Of a stretch of 64,000 nt of DNA, positions 12,452 through 25,154 are shown piece by piece. The first letter of the stretch is position 1. Each line of letters starts with the position of its first letter. The DNA comes from Callorhinchus milii (lineage: Eukaryota), in NCBI RefSeq assembly GCF_018977255.1, contig NW_024704742.1:10108001-10172000 (forward strand), given 5' to 3'. The position numbers and the translations under genes are program-made. Under the pieces are notes generated by a model. The model was not told the origin of the DNA and searched no databases. It saw only the letters and a program-made list of their open reading frames with translations.

Positions 12452-12998
12452 TGATAATAATAATCATAATAATTCTTCCATTTGATATGACGCCTTATCA
12501 TGTCTTCGAGACGTCTCAAAACGCTTCACATGATATATTGTAAAGTGAATTGACATTTTTTTGTGGGCGAAACTCAGCAGCCAATTGCACACAACAGTGT
12601 CCCACAAACAGTCATGGATTGAGTGACCAAATTATTATTATTTTTTGGAGCGATTATTCTGTTCTTTCAAATTCAGGGTTATGAAATCTTTACATCGCAT
12701 TTATGAGTTATTATTCTGTGTACTTACCTCTGATCTGTTGTAAAACTTTTACTCCAGAAGCTATATTTTGTAAGAGATTGGAAGCTCAGTGAGTCAATGA
12801 ACCAAGCAGTGTGACACTAATTTAATAATATAACAATAATAATCCTTGCATTTGACATTGTGCCTTATCACATCTTCGAGATGTCTCACAGAGGCTTCTG
12901 GAGTAAGGAAACTTGCCCAACGTTTTGCCCTGCCGGGAACCAAATCCAAGTCCTCTCGTTTGCAAGGCGAGAGCTCTAACTACTGAGCTACAGGACTT
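12452..12998 (-). mobile_element. Two SINE copies (3' half 12452-12660; internally deleted copy 12822-12998)
   Basis: Match to the SINE consensus seen elsewhere in the window. Confidence 0.85.
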
Positions 12999-13089
12999 GC
13001 ACTGATCAGGACGTGCCCCCTATTGAAAGATTGGTCCAACACTGAGAATTTTAATCAAAATCAGCAGTTTACTTGATCTTGGTTGTGAC

Positions 13090-13320
13090 AGATCTGCTAT
13101 GACCTGGGCTAAAGGAGGGGAAAATAGACAACCTGGGTTCCTGCTTATGATTATCCACTGTGCCGAAAAAAGCAACGTGTGTCCACGGAAGATGAGAACA
13201 GAAACCAGCTCTGCTCTGATCCCAGACAGTGGATTTCAACTGCAGAGGAAGTCACAACTTAGTGCAAGCCTGCGCTCAGCAGGTGGGTGCTTTTCATGAG
13301 GAATCACTGGCTGGTTATCT
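13090..13320 (+). mobile_element. Old dispersed repeat (family not named), related to 55400-55545 (-) and 56840-57050 (+)
   Basis: Shared motif gcta..gaggggaaaa..agcc.gggttcctgct..tgat..ctat. Confidence 0.55.
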
Positions 13321-13504
13321 CCCTGCCAACCCGAGAACACTGAGGTCAATTTTGTATAGAATTTACCCCACCACCACCAACAACCTATTTGAGATGAGCT
13401 TACTCAGCACACACCCGGGATTTAGATTTAGGGCTACCTCATCTGGTTTAGTACTACTCTGAGCATCTGAGTCATTGGAGGAATCTCTTCAATATTTTTA
13501 ATAA

Positions 13505-14145
13505 AAAATAATAATCCTTGTGTTTGATATCGCGCCTCATTATATTGTTTAAATGTCTCAAAGCGCTTTACAGGATATACTGTAAAGTGAATCGACTGTG
13601 TATTTTGTGTGCGAAATGTGGCAGCCAATTGCACAGAACAGTGCCCCACAAACTGCCGTGGACTGAGTGACCAAATGTTTTTTGAAAGGATTATTATTTG
13701 GTGTCCTGTAGCTCAGTGGTTAGAACATTTGCCTTGCAAGCGAGACCTGGGTTCTATTCCCGGCAGGGTGAAACCTTGGGCAAGCTTCCTTCCTCCACAA
13801 GAAAAAAAGCAATAATAAATTGGTCACTCAATCCACGACTGTTTGTGGGACACTGCTGTGTGCAATTGGCTGCCGCTTTCTCCCACAAATATACAGTTAA
13901 TTCACTTTACAGTATATTCTGTGAAGCGCTTTGAGGCGTCTAGAAGACCTGAAAAGAGCTATATCAAAGGCAAGGATTATTATTATTATCCCCACGAAGC
14001 GATCCACCAATCAATTAACAACCCGGTTCCTAATTCCTGCTAGGTAAGCAGAGGCATGTGGAGTATTAAATTTGCCTAAGGTTTCGTCCTGACCGTGAAT
14101 TGAACCTGAGTCCTCTCACTTGCGAGGTGAGTGCTCTAAACCACT
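13505..14145. mobile_element. Minus-strand SINE (13505-13699 plus 13990-14145) interrupted by a plus-strand, internally deleted SINE (13700-13989)
   Basis: Host resumes at ccccacgaagcgatcc; attattat on both sides of the insert. Confidence 0.88.
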
Positions 14146-14377
14146 TGTGAGTGTGGTCAATGCAACATACAGCAATGCCTAAACTTTCAACAAACATTAT
14201 CCAAATGTGTTGCATTTGTAATGACGAAAATTAAATGTTCAGTTAGTGTTTTATGCTACAAACAAATCTTCATGGCGGAAACTGACTTTTGGAATTGAAT
14301 GCTCCAGCTCTGTGCCCAGCTACTAAATGACTCAGTACTATTGTTTTTTTATATACAGGAAAGGCAAAGTTACTTAC

Positions 14378-14716
14378 AATAATAATCCTTGCACTTGATA
14401 CAGCGCCTTATCACGTCTTCAAGACGTCTCAAAGCGCTTCATATGATATACTGTAAATTGAATTGATTGTATATATTTTTATGTTTTATGGGCGAAACAC
14501 AGCAGCCTATTGTGCACAGCAGTGTCCCACAAACAGCTGTAAATTAAGTGATCAATTTTTTTTGAAGGAATTATTAACCCCAGAAAAGTGATCCGCCGGG
14601 TTCCGACTTACTGTTAGGTAAACAGAGGCGTGTGGAGTAAGGATTCCCTGCGGATAATTGAACCCAGGTATCTTGCTTGTGAGGTGAATGCTCTAAGCAC
14701 TGAGCTACAGGACTTT
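14378..14716 (-). mobile_element. tRNA-derived SINE, near full length
   Basis: aataatccttgc tail to ctgagctacaggact head. Confidence 0.9.
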
Positions 14717-15669
14717 GCTGTACTTAACACATTACAGCATGGAAACAGCCCAACTATTTCACACCTGTGTTTATACTCTACATCAGCCTCCTAACCACGT
14801 CTCCCGTAACCCTCTTTAACTTCTTTAAGAGTAACTAAAGTCATCGTTTTAGAAGTTGGTGGTGAAGAGTGTTTTTTTTCATCTGTTGTCACCAAATAAT
14901 TTGTGTTCCTCTACACAAATAATTTTTTTGAAGACTGATGAAAAAATCTCTTTGCACCAACTTCAAAATTAACTCACAGCCGACAGAAAAATGGATCATT
15001 TTGCATCAAACTGCTCGAAGCCTTGGAAGGAGAGATTGCAAGAATCTGCCAAGTAGGTCAATTGCACAGAGCAGTTGAATGTATGACAGTCATTCGAATG
15101 CTGCCTTTTGAAAATTAAAATGGATTTTGGACCAACAGTGAGCTGCTCAAACAGAGGATCTTAATGCAACTGGAAGAGGCGTCAGTGCTGGCAGGACTCC
15201 ATGTGAAGTTGGTGAATCCCGAGTCGCCTTGTTAACTAGATTTTTATATGACAAAAAGACTGAGTGAGTGGGGTTTAAAGTGAGCATGAGACAGTGTAAT
15301 GGTCGCACGTTGCAGCTTTGAAACAGATGGATTGAGTACTGAGACAGCACGCAATTAATAACTACATCGCTTAGCCCCAGTCATGGCCTGGTTGGCATCT
15401 TTTTAAGGTGGACATTGTCAGCACTCTACACAACTTTCTACATATCAAGAAATCCTGGCCTCTCTCACACGTGATCGATGAACAAAAGCAGAAAACGTTA
15501 AATCATTTTTTTGTGGTGGGGCGGGGGGGGGGAGCAGAGCAACAAATTAGTCATATCCCAGATGAGCGTTCCCAACAGCTCAACAGCACATTCTCCTGTT
15601 ATGTCGTGACAGACATTCATAGAATCCTTTCCTTCCTATGCACTGATAAAGTCCCAGCTAAAAGATTAT

Positions 15670-16050
15670 TTCCTTCTTCTCTGTTCTTTCTCTCCCTCCC
15701 TCGCTTTTACTTCTCTCTCTTCTCTTCCTCTCTCTGTCATCTTCTAACACTTTGTATGTCTCTTTCATTCTATGTCTTTTCACTATCCCTCTGTCTCTCT
15801 CGTTTTCTCTCTCTTTCCATTGTTCTCTATCTGCACATGCTCTCTCTTCTTTTTGTCATCTGCAATATCTCTGACTCTCACTCTCATTCTCACTTTCTGT
15901 ATCATTCTCTCTTCTACCCCACCAACCCCTTTTCTCTCTCTGTCTTGTTTCGCTGTCTGTTTCCTTCATTCTCTGTCTTTCTCTCTGTCTCTCTCATTTT
16001 CTCTCTCTTTCTGTTGCTCTCCATCTCGCACATGTTTTCTCTTTCTGTAT
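15670..16050. repeat. Degenerate CT-rich low-complexity tract
   Basis: Pyrimidine-rich decayed (CT)n; a similar tract lies at ~7290-7480. Confidence 0.85.
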
Positions 16051-16463
16051 CCCCATCCACTGGTTCCCATCCCCCAACCGATAAAGTTCAAAATCCTTGT
16101 TCTCGCCTTCAAAGCCCCTCATGGCCTTGCTTCTCCCTAACTCTGTGACCTGCTAACCCCTTATCAACCTGTTCACTCCCTTCACTCAACAGGCTCTGGC
16201 CTGCTCCATTTTGCCTGCCTGGCCCGCCCCACCATTGGTGGTCGCACCTTCAGCCTCTCTGCCCGCACCCTTTGGGAACTCCATCCCACAGTCTCTTCAC
16301 TCGCTCCCTCCCTTTCCTCCTTCAAGGCCTGTCTCAAGACCCTCCTGTTCGACTGCGCTTTCAACCAACCTCCTACCCCTATCTCGCTGCCCTCCACCCC
16401 TTGCTCGGGTCCAAATCTCTGACTGTCTAGCGCTTTGGGACGCAAGTTGTTGTTGTTGTTGTT
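16050..16463 (+). mobile_element. L2 3' fragment
   Basis: IKFKILVLAFKAPHGLASP; (ttg)n tail. Confidence 0.87.
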
Positions 16464-16811
16464 ATGTCTGGTATTCTGTCAGATTGCAGGGAGAAACTCC
16501 CTTATCTATATAAATAGTCTTATGGGATTTTAATTAGATTTAGGCTCTCCTGAATCCACAAGTTCTGATCCCAAGCCTCAAAGTGCTATCATCTGAGTCA
16601 AACTGACATCAGTGGCTAAACTATGCACAGGTGGTTAACGACAACAACTTGCATTTGTATAGCGCCCTTCACCACAGACTGTGACTTGGTGATTAATCCA
16701 CTGCGAATGCACCAAAGCTGACAGCAAGTACCATATTTTGGGCAGTGACACAATAATCTCTTCTTGAAATGAAGATCCAAATCTAATTTAGTGGTTTAGA
16801 TATTCAATAGA

Positions 16812-17232
16812 ATAATAATTTATGCATTTGATATAACACCATATTCACTTTGTTAAAATGTCTCAAAGTGCTTCGCAGGACTTACTGTAGAGTTTCTGTA
16901 TTTGTAGGCAAGCACAGGAGCCAATTTGCACACATCATTGTCCCTGAAAGAGCCAAAGAGTGAGTGACCAATTTTATTTGGGGAATTGTTAATCAGGACA
17001 CCGGACAAAACTTCCTTCTGTTATCAAATAGTGCCATGAGATCCTTAGCTTCCACCTGAACAGGCAGATGGGGCCTCGGTTTTATGTCTCATCCGAACCT
17101 CTGACAATGAAACACACCCACAGCACTGCATTGGAGGGTCAGCATATGAGGTTATAAGTAGCGACATGGAGCTTGACTCCAAAATCTTCTAACTCAGCGG
17201 CGAGAGTACTACCAGCTGAGCCAAGCTGACAT
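16812..17232 (-). mobile_element. Old Deu-domain SINE (SacSINE1/AmnSINE-like), near full length
   Basis: aatagtgccatgagatc..tccacctgaacaggcagatggggcctcggttt.atgtctcatccgaa Deu domain, tRNA-like head (..ctgagccaagctgaca) and L2-like tail. Confidence 0.8.
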
Positions 17233-17389
17233 CTTCCCAGAGCCTCCAGCTAGATTATCTGCTTTGACTTGTTTCTTTTCCACTGTATTTCCATTTAAGA
17301 GCACGCAATTTCACTGTCATGGATTTGAGTCAGAATAACCAAGCATCATTTTTTTACACAAGATTTGGATTTCATTGAATATCTACAAA

Positions 17390-17765
17390 TAAAAAATAAT
17401 AATAATTTGATGACTCAATCCACGACTGTTTGTGGGACGCTCCCACAATTGGCTGCTGCGTTTCATTCACAAAAAATACAGTCAATTCACTTTACAGTAT
17501 ATTCTGTGAAGAGCTTTAAGACGTCTCGAAGACGTGATAAGGCGCTATATCAAATGCAAGGATTATTATTGTTGTAAATAATATGGAAAAATTCTAACAA
17601 CAACAGCAACTCGCATTTATATAGCGCCCCTCACATGGGTACCATCCCGGTGCTTGACAGTGGTGGTGTCTGATGAGCCAAGCGGAGAGGGAGTTGGGAG
17701 GTGACCGTAAGCATAATCAAAAAGGAAGGTCTTTAGGTGGGATTTGAAGGTGGGGAGGGAGGGGT
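17390..17765. mobile_element. SINE 3' half (+, 17390-17575) and L2 3' end (-, 17597-17765), tail to tail
   Basis: Consensus matches. Confidence 0.85.
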
Positions 17766-18547
17766 GATCTCCTGACTCCTGACTCTCAAACTGTACCAAG
17801 GCACGCTGATGTTTTCTCAACAGCAATCTGTTCTGAGATACAACTTTCATGGCAGGCAAAGTTGCACGGAAATTGCAAAGAGAAGAGAGTTCCTCCCAGT
17901 GTCCTGGCCAAGATGGTGTGGAATAAGACCATGGCCCCTTTAAGTGTTACACAAACAATCCTCCAGTTTAACAGGTCATTTGCTTCTCCTGTGGGAATTT
18001 GCTGTGCTGTAAATGACTGCTGAGCTTGCTGACAGAAATAATCATTCCTCTTTACAGGAATTACTGCGGAGAATTTTCGAGATGTCTCAACAAGATAAGG
18101 TCTTATAAAAAGGCACCTCTTTCTTTACACAGAGCAATGCTGCTGACTGGGTGAGTGGGAGCATCACATATTTGCCCAAGGTTATCAAGCCCCTATTCCT
18201 CACAAACTGCACAGTTTGGCATTATCTCATTTGACTTGCCCTGCAACATATGTTGGACCTTGACCAAGAAGCAGGCCTGTCCTGATGCCACAATAGGAAG
18301 TGTGCAGGAGTGGTGATAGAGGCCTGGCTTGTCCAGCAATACATCAGCATGTCAAGCTCCCAACCACTGCTAAAAGGGAAGGGATGATAAACACGCCATG
18401 TCAAATAATCCACAAACCCAAAGCACAGTGTGTACAACTGTATATGGCACAGACTAACCTTAACATTTGTGGGGTCATTAATTCCCATGGTGTAGTCAAA
18501 GTGGAATTTTCTTGAATGCCTAATAGAATTATTTAATTGCTTCATTG

Positions 18548-18898
18548 TGTTCCAGCGCCTTGGGACTTCCTCCTGACGTGAAAGGCACTATACAAATGTA
18601 ATCTTGTTGTTGTTGTTGTTGCAATGTTTGGTTGATGCAGTGAGTTAAGTGTGCAAGTCGCCAACCTGTTCTGACCAATTGTGCATAGCAGTATCCCACA
18701 AACAGTAATGATTTGAGTGACTTTTTTTTGAGGGACTATTACCCCACAAACCGATCCGCTAATCGATTGCACACCAATCACTTACTGCAAGGTGAACAGA
18801 GGTGTGTGGAATAAGGAAACTTGCCCAAGGTTTCACCCTGCCCGGGAATCGAACCCAGGTCCTCTAGCTTGCTGGGCGAGTGCTCTAACCACTGAGCT
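18548..18898. mobile_element. L2 tail (+, 18548-18622) and SINE 5' two-thirds (-, 18670-18898)
   Basis: Consensus matches. Confidence 0.85.
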
Positions 18899-18938
18899 TA
18901 ACCTGCATTGGGACTTTGCTAGGGAGAGCTGTCTGAAG

Positions 18939-18989
18939 CTATAAATAGAATGATGGAGGAGTGCTGAGCTACCCCCAATGCAGCAGCTG
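18939..18989. promoter_or_regulatory. MEF2 motif plus E-box
   Basis: CTATAAATAG (18939-18948) matches YTA(W)4TAR; CAGCTG at 18984-18989. Confidence 0.35.
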
Positions 18990-19496
18990 AAGGTGAATAA
19001 GTCTCATAAACCACCGAGGGGCCTGACTGGTACATTGTGGGGCAGTGCCTACAGGAGGATAAGCTCCTAATGGCAAGAAGATAAAATGGAATAAGAAGTC
19101 CCTGCTGAGCTTGGAACTCTTGTGGTTCCTAGGAGCTTCAGGAAATGTGCAACGGGAAAAGGGAAAAAAACAAGAGAAGAGGGTCAACAATCTCTTAGGA
19201 GGATAACACACTCTTAAAAAAAATTGAATTATCGTATATGCACAAATAGCAGCTCGCTTCATGTCCCCCGATGCTCCACCTCACCATTTGTGAGTGATCC
19301 TTCAGCCATTTTGCCCGCACTTCACCCTAAGTCCCTCCACCTTGCCCCCTCCCCCCTCACTTAAAAAAAACACCTGAAGTCCTAGCTCTTCAAACACAAT
19401 CTTGGCGTTTCTACCTCCTCCCCCACCACTGATCCCGCAGCTCCACCGTCCCTAGTTGGGCTTCCAGTCAGTTATGTGAAGGTCTTTGACACATCC

Positions 19497-19878
19497 TGTG
19501 GAGTCCTGTAGCTTAATGGTTGGAGCACTTGCCTCGCACATGAGATGACCAGGGTTCAATTCCTGGGCAGGATAGGGTGAAATGTTGGGCAAGTTTCCTT
19601 ACTCCACACGCCTCTGTTTACCTCGTAGTAAGTAGGAATCTGGTTGTCAGTCGATTGGCAAATCGCTTTTCCCAGGTTAATAATTCCTTCAATATAAATA
19701 AAAATAATTTGGTCTCTCAATCCATGACTCCTTATGGGACACTGCTGTGTGCAATTGGCTGCCACATTTCGCCCACAAAATATGCAGTCAATTTAATTTA
19801 AAGTATATTCTGTGAAGTGCTTTGAAGTGTCTCGAAGAAGTAATAAGGCGCTATATGAAATGCAAAGATTATTGTTAT
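19497..19878 (+). mobile_element. tRNA-derived SINE, full length, inserted in the tail of a decayed L2 (19255-19496)
   Basis: gtggagtcctgtagc head through tail; L2 tail resumes with cctcctgatatgaaaggtgctatac. Confidence 0.88.
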
Positions 19879-20124
19879 CCTCCTGATATGAAAGGTGCTA
19901 TACATATTTCATATAAATGTAAACAGAATGGAGCACATTGCTCTTTGGCCTCAAGTCAAAGTCACACTGCAGCAGGATTCACTTTGCTGATTCTTTTGTA
20001 CCTTACTGGCAGGCATTCGGAAAATTTCTGCAAATGAGTGAATTACGTCTAAAAAGATTAACAGGGTTGTCAGGAAACTTGCACACATCTGAAATGTGTT
20101 TGCCTGTAAGGCACAAACCTGCAG

Positions 20125-20324
20125 CTATTTTTAGGAACAAATGTGAAGGTGTTTTTTTTCTTTATTACCTGCACCTAGAATGGAAAGTCACTGCAGCTAA
20201 TTCAGAAAGGAATAGCACACTGTGCATATCGATGTTGTGCACCTGACCTATATTTACATACACTGCAGTGAGGGTGATACTACACGCAATTAATACAGAC
20301 GTGCATTGCTCTTGTTATTTTTAA
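20125..20324. promoter_or_regulatory. Two MEF2-type motifs
   Basis: CTATTTTTAG (20125-20134) and TTATTTTTAA (20315-20324) in non-repeat sequence. Confidence 0.3.
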
Positions 20325-20901
20325 ACAGATGTAGTCTTGTTTTGTAAAAACATATAAATTTAATCCTATATACCAGATCTGTTATTCTCTATATAGTATA
20401 TACAAGGTCTGGGAATGGATAATGTGCTCACGGAACAGTACAAGGTGCCATCTTCCAAGACTAGGGCTGGAACTCTCTCTTTCAATCACTCCAGCTTGCC
20501 CCTTCTTTCTCCTTTTTTAGATCACAACTGAAGACTTTCCTCTTCAACCGTGCTAATGGTCACTTCCTCCCTCTCCCCGGCTTGGCTCCACTACTGATAA
20601 GCGCTCCGGTACTCTAGTTGTTGTTGTTGTAGGTTGAAACACACTAAAAAATAAAGGGAGCTTCAATAACATGCTGTACCCTGTGACACTGGGGTAGCTG
20701 AAATGGGAATATATCCTAATCCTTACTAGTGGCAGCTTGTCATTAGAGGTTAGGGAGGCTAAGACTTCCCCAACCTGTTTCTAGTGGTTATTGTGACGGA
20801 ATCTCAACCCTCGCTCCCCACCCCACCCCACCCTCCCCCCACCACCCCAGCATGATATCCAATTGAGTTAGATAACCTGTTGTGCAAATGTGCAAAATTA
20901 T

Positions 20902-21919
20902 GTGGAGTCCTGTAGCTCAGTGGTTAGAGCACTCGCTTCACAAGAGGGAGACCTGGGTTCGATTGCCGGCAGGGTGAAAAGTTGGCCAAGTTTCCTTACT
21001 CCACACGCCTCTGTTTTCATAGCAGTAAGTTGGAACCTGTTTGTTAGTTGATTGGCGGATTTTTTTCCAGGGGTAAGAACATAAGAACATAAGAATTAGG
21101 AGCAGGGGTAGGCCATTCGGCCCCTCGAGCCTGCCCCGCCATTCGATAAGATCATGGCTGATCTTCTGAGCTAACTCTAATTACCTGCCCTATCCCCATA
21201 TCCCCAACCCCTCTGAGTGAAGAAATGTTTCCTCAACTCTGTTCTAAAAGGCTGACCCTTAATTTTAAGACTGTGACCCCTGGTTATAGATTCTCCTACC
21301 AGGGGAAACAGTCCCTCAGTGTCTACTTTATCAGCCCTTTAAGAATCTTGTTTCGATAAGGTATCCCCTAATTCTTCTGTACTCTAGAGAATACAGCCCT
21401 AGTTTATTCAGCCTATCCTCATAAGTCATTCCCCTCATCCCAGGAACTAACCGAGTGAATCTCTCGGGCAAGTATGTCCTTTTTTAAATAAGGAGACCAA
21501 AACTGCACACAATACTCTAGGTGCAGTCTCACCAAGGCCCTATACAGTTGCAGCAAGACTTCCCTACTCTTGTACTCTAAACCTTTTGCAATGAACGCTA
21601 ACATGCCGTTCGCCTTCTTAGTTGCTTGCTGCACCTGCAAACTAACTTTTTGAGACTGGTGTACAAGGACACCCAAATCCCTCTGAACACTAACACTATC
21701 TAATCTCTCCCCCTCTAGAAAATAATCTGTTTTTCTATTTTTGCTACCTAGGGTAATAATCCCTAAAAAATGTTTTACTCAATCAACGACTGTTTCTGAG
21801 ACACTGCTGTGCGCATTTGGTTGCCGCATTTCACCAACAAAATATATAGCTTCTGTGAAGTGCTTTGAGGTGTCTCAACGACATGATAGGGCGCTATATC
21901 AAATATAAGGATTATTATT
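20902..21919 (+). mobile_element. tRNA-SINE split by a CR1 insertion
   Basis: SINE 20902-21076 and 21751-21919; TSD gggtaa. Confidence 0.88.
21074..21750 (-). mobile_element. CR1 LINE 3' fragment
   Basis: (taagaaca)n tail; KKANGMLAFIAKGLEYKSREVLLQLYRALVRLHLEYCVQFWSPY. Confidence 0.93.
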
Positions 21920-22936
21920 AAATAGAGCTGCATTAACTTCAAATGACTAAATTTTACTATTATTTTAACAACAGAGGGCTGGCTCGATTCCCATTTTCCT
22001 CCCTGAAAGTGAGATGTGATATTCTTGCTATTTATTTGTGTTCTACCCACAAAATGCAGTCTCTACACTTTACAGTGAATCCTGTGAAGTGTTTTGAGAT
22101 GTCTCAATGATGTGATAAGGCAAATGCAAGAATTATTATTATTATCAATTATTATTATTTCAAAGAGTAAACCAGTTGCTCGGCCCCCTATATAGAATCA
22201 CAGAATCATAGAATTGTACAGCACAGAAGGAGGCCATTCGGGCCATCATGTCTGTGCCGGCTCTTTGAAAAGAGCTTCCAATTCAATTCCACTTCCCCGC
22301 TCTCTCTTCATAGCTCTGCAAACTTGTCCTCCCAAAATAATTATCTACTTCTCTCTTAAAAGTTGTTATCGAATCGGCTTCCACCACCCTTTCAGGTAAT
22401 GCATTCCATATCTGAACAACTCGCTGTGTGAAAAAATTACTCCTCACCTCCCCTCTGTGTCTCTTATAACTATTTTAAATCAGTTTCCTTGGGTTATCGA
22501 CCCACCAGTCAATGGAAATAGTTTCTCCTTATTCACCCTATCAAATCCCCTCATCGTTTTGAAAAATTCTATTAAGTCTCCTCTTAACTTTCTCTGCTCC
22601 AAGGATAATAATCCCAGCTTCTCTAACCTCTCCTGATAACTGAAGTCCCTCTTCCTGGTAAATCTCCTTTGCATCCTCTCCAATACCTTGACAACCTTCC
22701 TAAAGTGTGTGGCCCAGAACTGAACACAGTCTCTCGCTGAGGCCTAACCGGTGTTTTATAAAGGTTTATCAGAACTTCTTGCGTTTTGTATTCTATGCCC
22801 CTAGTTGTAAAGCCTAGTATCCTGTGTGCTTTTTTTTAACATCTTTATCTACCTGTCCTGCCACCTTCAAAGATTTACTTATATGAACCTCGAGGTCTTC
22901 CTTCACCCCCTTTAAAATTGTACCATTTAGTTTATA

Positions 22937-23757
22937 CTGATTGGCTCGCGCCAGTGCCTCTGCATCTCAGGCTCTGGCAGCATCAACCTCCATGGTTGCA
23001 CATTCAACTCACCAAACCAGTCAGGAACCTGGGTGTCTTGTTTGACCCTCAACTGTCTTTTCTTCCCCACATCCAAGCCATGACCCGCTCTGCCTTCCCT
23101 CACCTCCTTAACATCGCCCAACTCCACCATGACCTCACCCCTCAGGCCGCTGAAACTCTTGTTCATGCCTTCATCACCTCCAGGCTCGACTATGCAAACG
23201 TCCTGCCTTCCCAACTCCTCCCTCCACAGACTGCAGATAATCCAGAACTCTACAGCCCGTGTCCTCTCCTGCACCAAACTCCGTGTCCCCATCTCCGCCA
23301 TTCTCGCCCGACTCCATTGGCTCCCTATCCTTCAGAGGGATCCAGTTCAAGATCCTGGTCCTCACCTACAAAGCCCTCCATGGCCTCGCCCCACCCTACC
23401 TCTGAGACCTCCTAACCCCCTACCAACCCGCCCGCTCCCTCCGCTCAGCCGGCTCTGGCCTGCTCCTCGTCCCCCGACCCACCCGCCCCACCATTGGGGG
23501 GAGAGCCTTCAGCCACTCTGCCCCCAACCTCTGGAATTCCATCCCCCAATCACTCTGCCTCGCCCCCTCCTTAGCCTCCTTCAAATCCCACCTCAAAACC
23601 CTCCTCTTCGACCATGCCATTGGTCACCCCCATTCTCCTCCCCTCCCTTCTCCCCCCCTGACCCCAGCTCGGGTCTGAAATGTTGTACACTGTCCAGTGC
23701 CTTGGGACGTCCTCTTGACGTGAAAGGCGCTATACAAATGTAATCTTGTTGTTGTTG
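22937..23757 (+). mobile_element. L2 3' fragment inserted in CR1 (TSD tata)
   Basis: KPVRNLGVLFDPQLSF..AFITSRLDYAN; (ttg)n tail. Confidence 0.93.
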
Positions 23758-23824
23758 TATATCGCCTCTCCTCATTCTTCCTCCCAAAATGCATCACTTC
23801 GCATTTCTCCACATTAAACTTCAT

Positions 23825-24008
23825 CTGCTTGTCGGCCTTCCCAACTCCTCCCTCCACAGACTGCAGATAATCCAGAACTCTACAGCCCGTGTCCTCTCCC
23901 GCACCAAACTCCGTGTCCCCATCTCCCCCATTCTCGCCCGACTCCATTGGCTCCCTATCCTTCAGAGGATCCAGTTCAAGATCCTGGTCCTCACATACAA
24001 AGCCCTCC
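23825..24008 (+). mobile_element. Tail-less internal L2 fragment, near-identical to 23205-23379
   Basis: Direct sequence comparison. Confidence 0.9.
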
Positions 24009-24437
24009 CTTCAGGCCGATGTCTGCCCATTTTACCAGTCTGCCTATGTCCATTTGCAGTCTGTTACTATTCTCCTCATTGTTTACTACTTTCCCTACAT
24101 GGGTTGAGTAACTGGATGATTATTCATATTTGAATCTGTGAAATGGATCAATGCTCATCCCTCCTCATCATGATCTATTTAATGCCTGACAAACTGTCAA
24201 TGGAAGAAAGGCAGAATAAATATCAGTCTTGCCCTACGTCACACTTGAACAGTTCACGATTAAACGTACAATTGCCTTTCAACAGTTGGCAGAGTTGCTT
24301 TCAAGCCAGCTTCTAACACTGACAGCTAATCACACAGTCTGCCTGGTCTGTCTAAATTTACATCAGGGAGTTAGCAGGACTGGAAAAATAACACTCAGCT
24401 TTGAGAGGTTGCAAAGCAAGGAGAATGCTTGCTTTGA

Positions 24438-24590
24438 GAATCCACAACTGTTTGTGGGACTCTGCTGTGTGCAATTGGCTTCCATGTTTCGCCCACAAAA
24501 TATACAGTCAATTCATTTTACAATATATTCTGTGAAGCGCTTTGAGACGTCTAGAAGACATGAAAAGCGCTGTATCAAATGGAAGGATTA
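24438..24590 (+). mobile_element. SINE 3' half
   Basis: Consensus match. Confidence 0.85.
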
Positions 24591-25154
24591 AAGTCTCTCA
24601 CTAAACTATATAGGGTTAAAACATTCTCCATCTAAAGGGGAGAATAAAAAAAAGTAACCTTTTGAATACTGGATGTCTATTGCAGCTTTGATATCCCTAC
24701 ATTCTGTTTGGCAGAACACATTTCTGTCAAATGCTACATATCTTTAAAGCAGGCGACAGCTGCAGGGCAGCAATCTGATGTAGAGGAAGGTGTTAGCCAA
24801 TAGGTGAGTGAAATGTTTCCATTCCATAATCAACAGAGCACGACCTTGCAGATCATCTTGGAAATACCGGTATTGAAATGTATAAATTCTAACCTTATTC
24901 TCTTGTGACAGAGGGTATGCATACCGGGAGACTGGTTACCTTTGCAGAGATTCTGTGTTGTTTTGATACAGAAATATTTATTGCAAGCTTTGCCGAGCCA
25001 AAAGCAATCAAAACTGGCGTCATTTTTCAGATGGTTTCTATTTGATCCTTTCATGTGGCTTCACCTTTCTGTGCTCTACATTCATCAAGTTCAGTGATTT
25101 ATCAAAAGGACAAGAATTTCTAGTGAAATCGTAGCAGATGTGCAGTTGAAGTAC

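Larger units (their letters stand above)
22192..24090 (-). mobile_element. CR1 LINE 3' fragment interrupted by two L2 pieces
   Basis: (tagaatca)n tail; SYQERLEKLGLLSLEQRKLRGDLIE; QMKFNVEKCEVMHFGRKN. Confidence 0.9.

Noticed and set aside
15408..16148. 246-aa hydrophobic ORF
   Set aside because: Derived from a CT-rich tract plus an L2 fragment
20902..20975. tRNA-like sequences (tagctcagtggttagagc..ggttcgatt)
   Set aside because: These are SINE heads that continue into the SINE body in every copy, not tRNA genes
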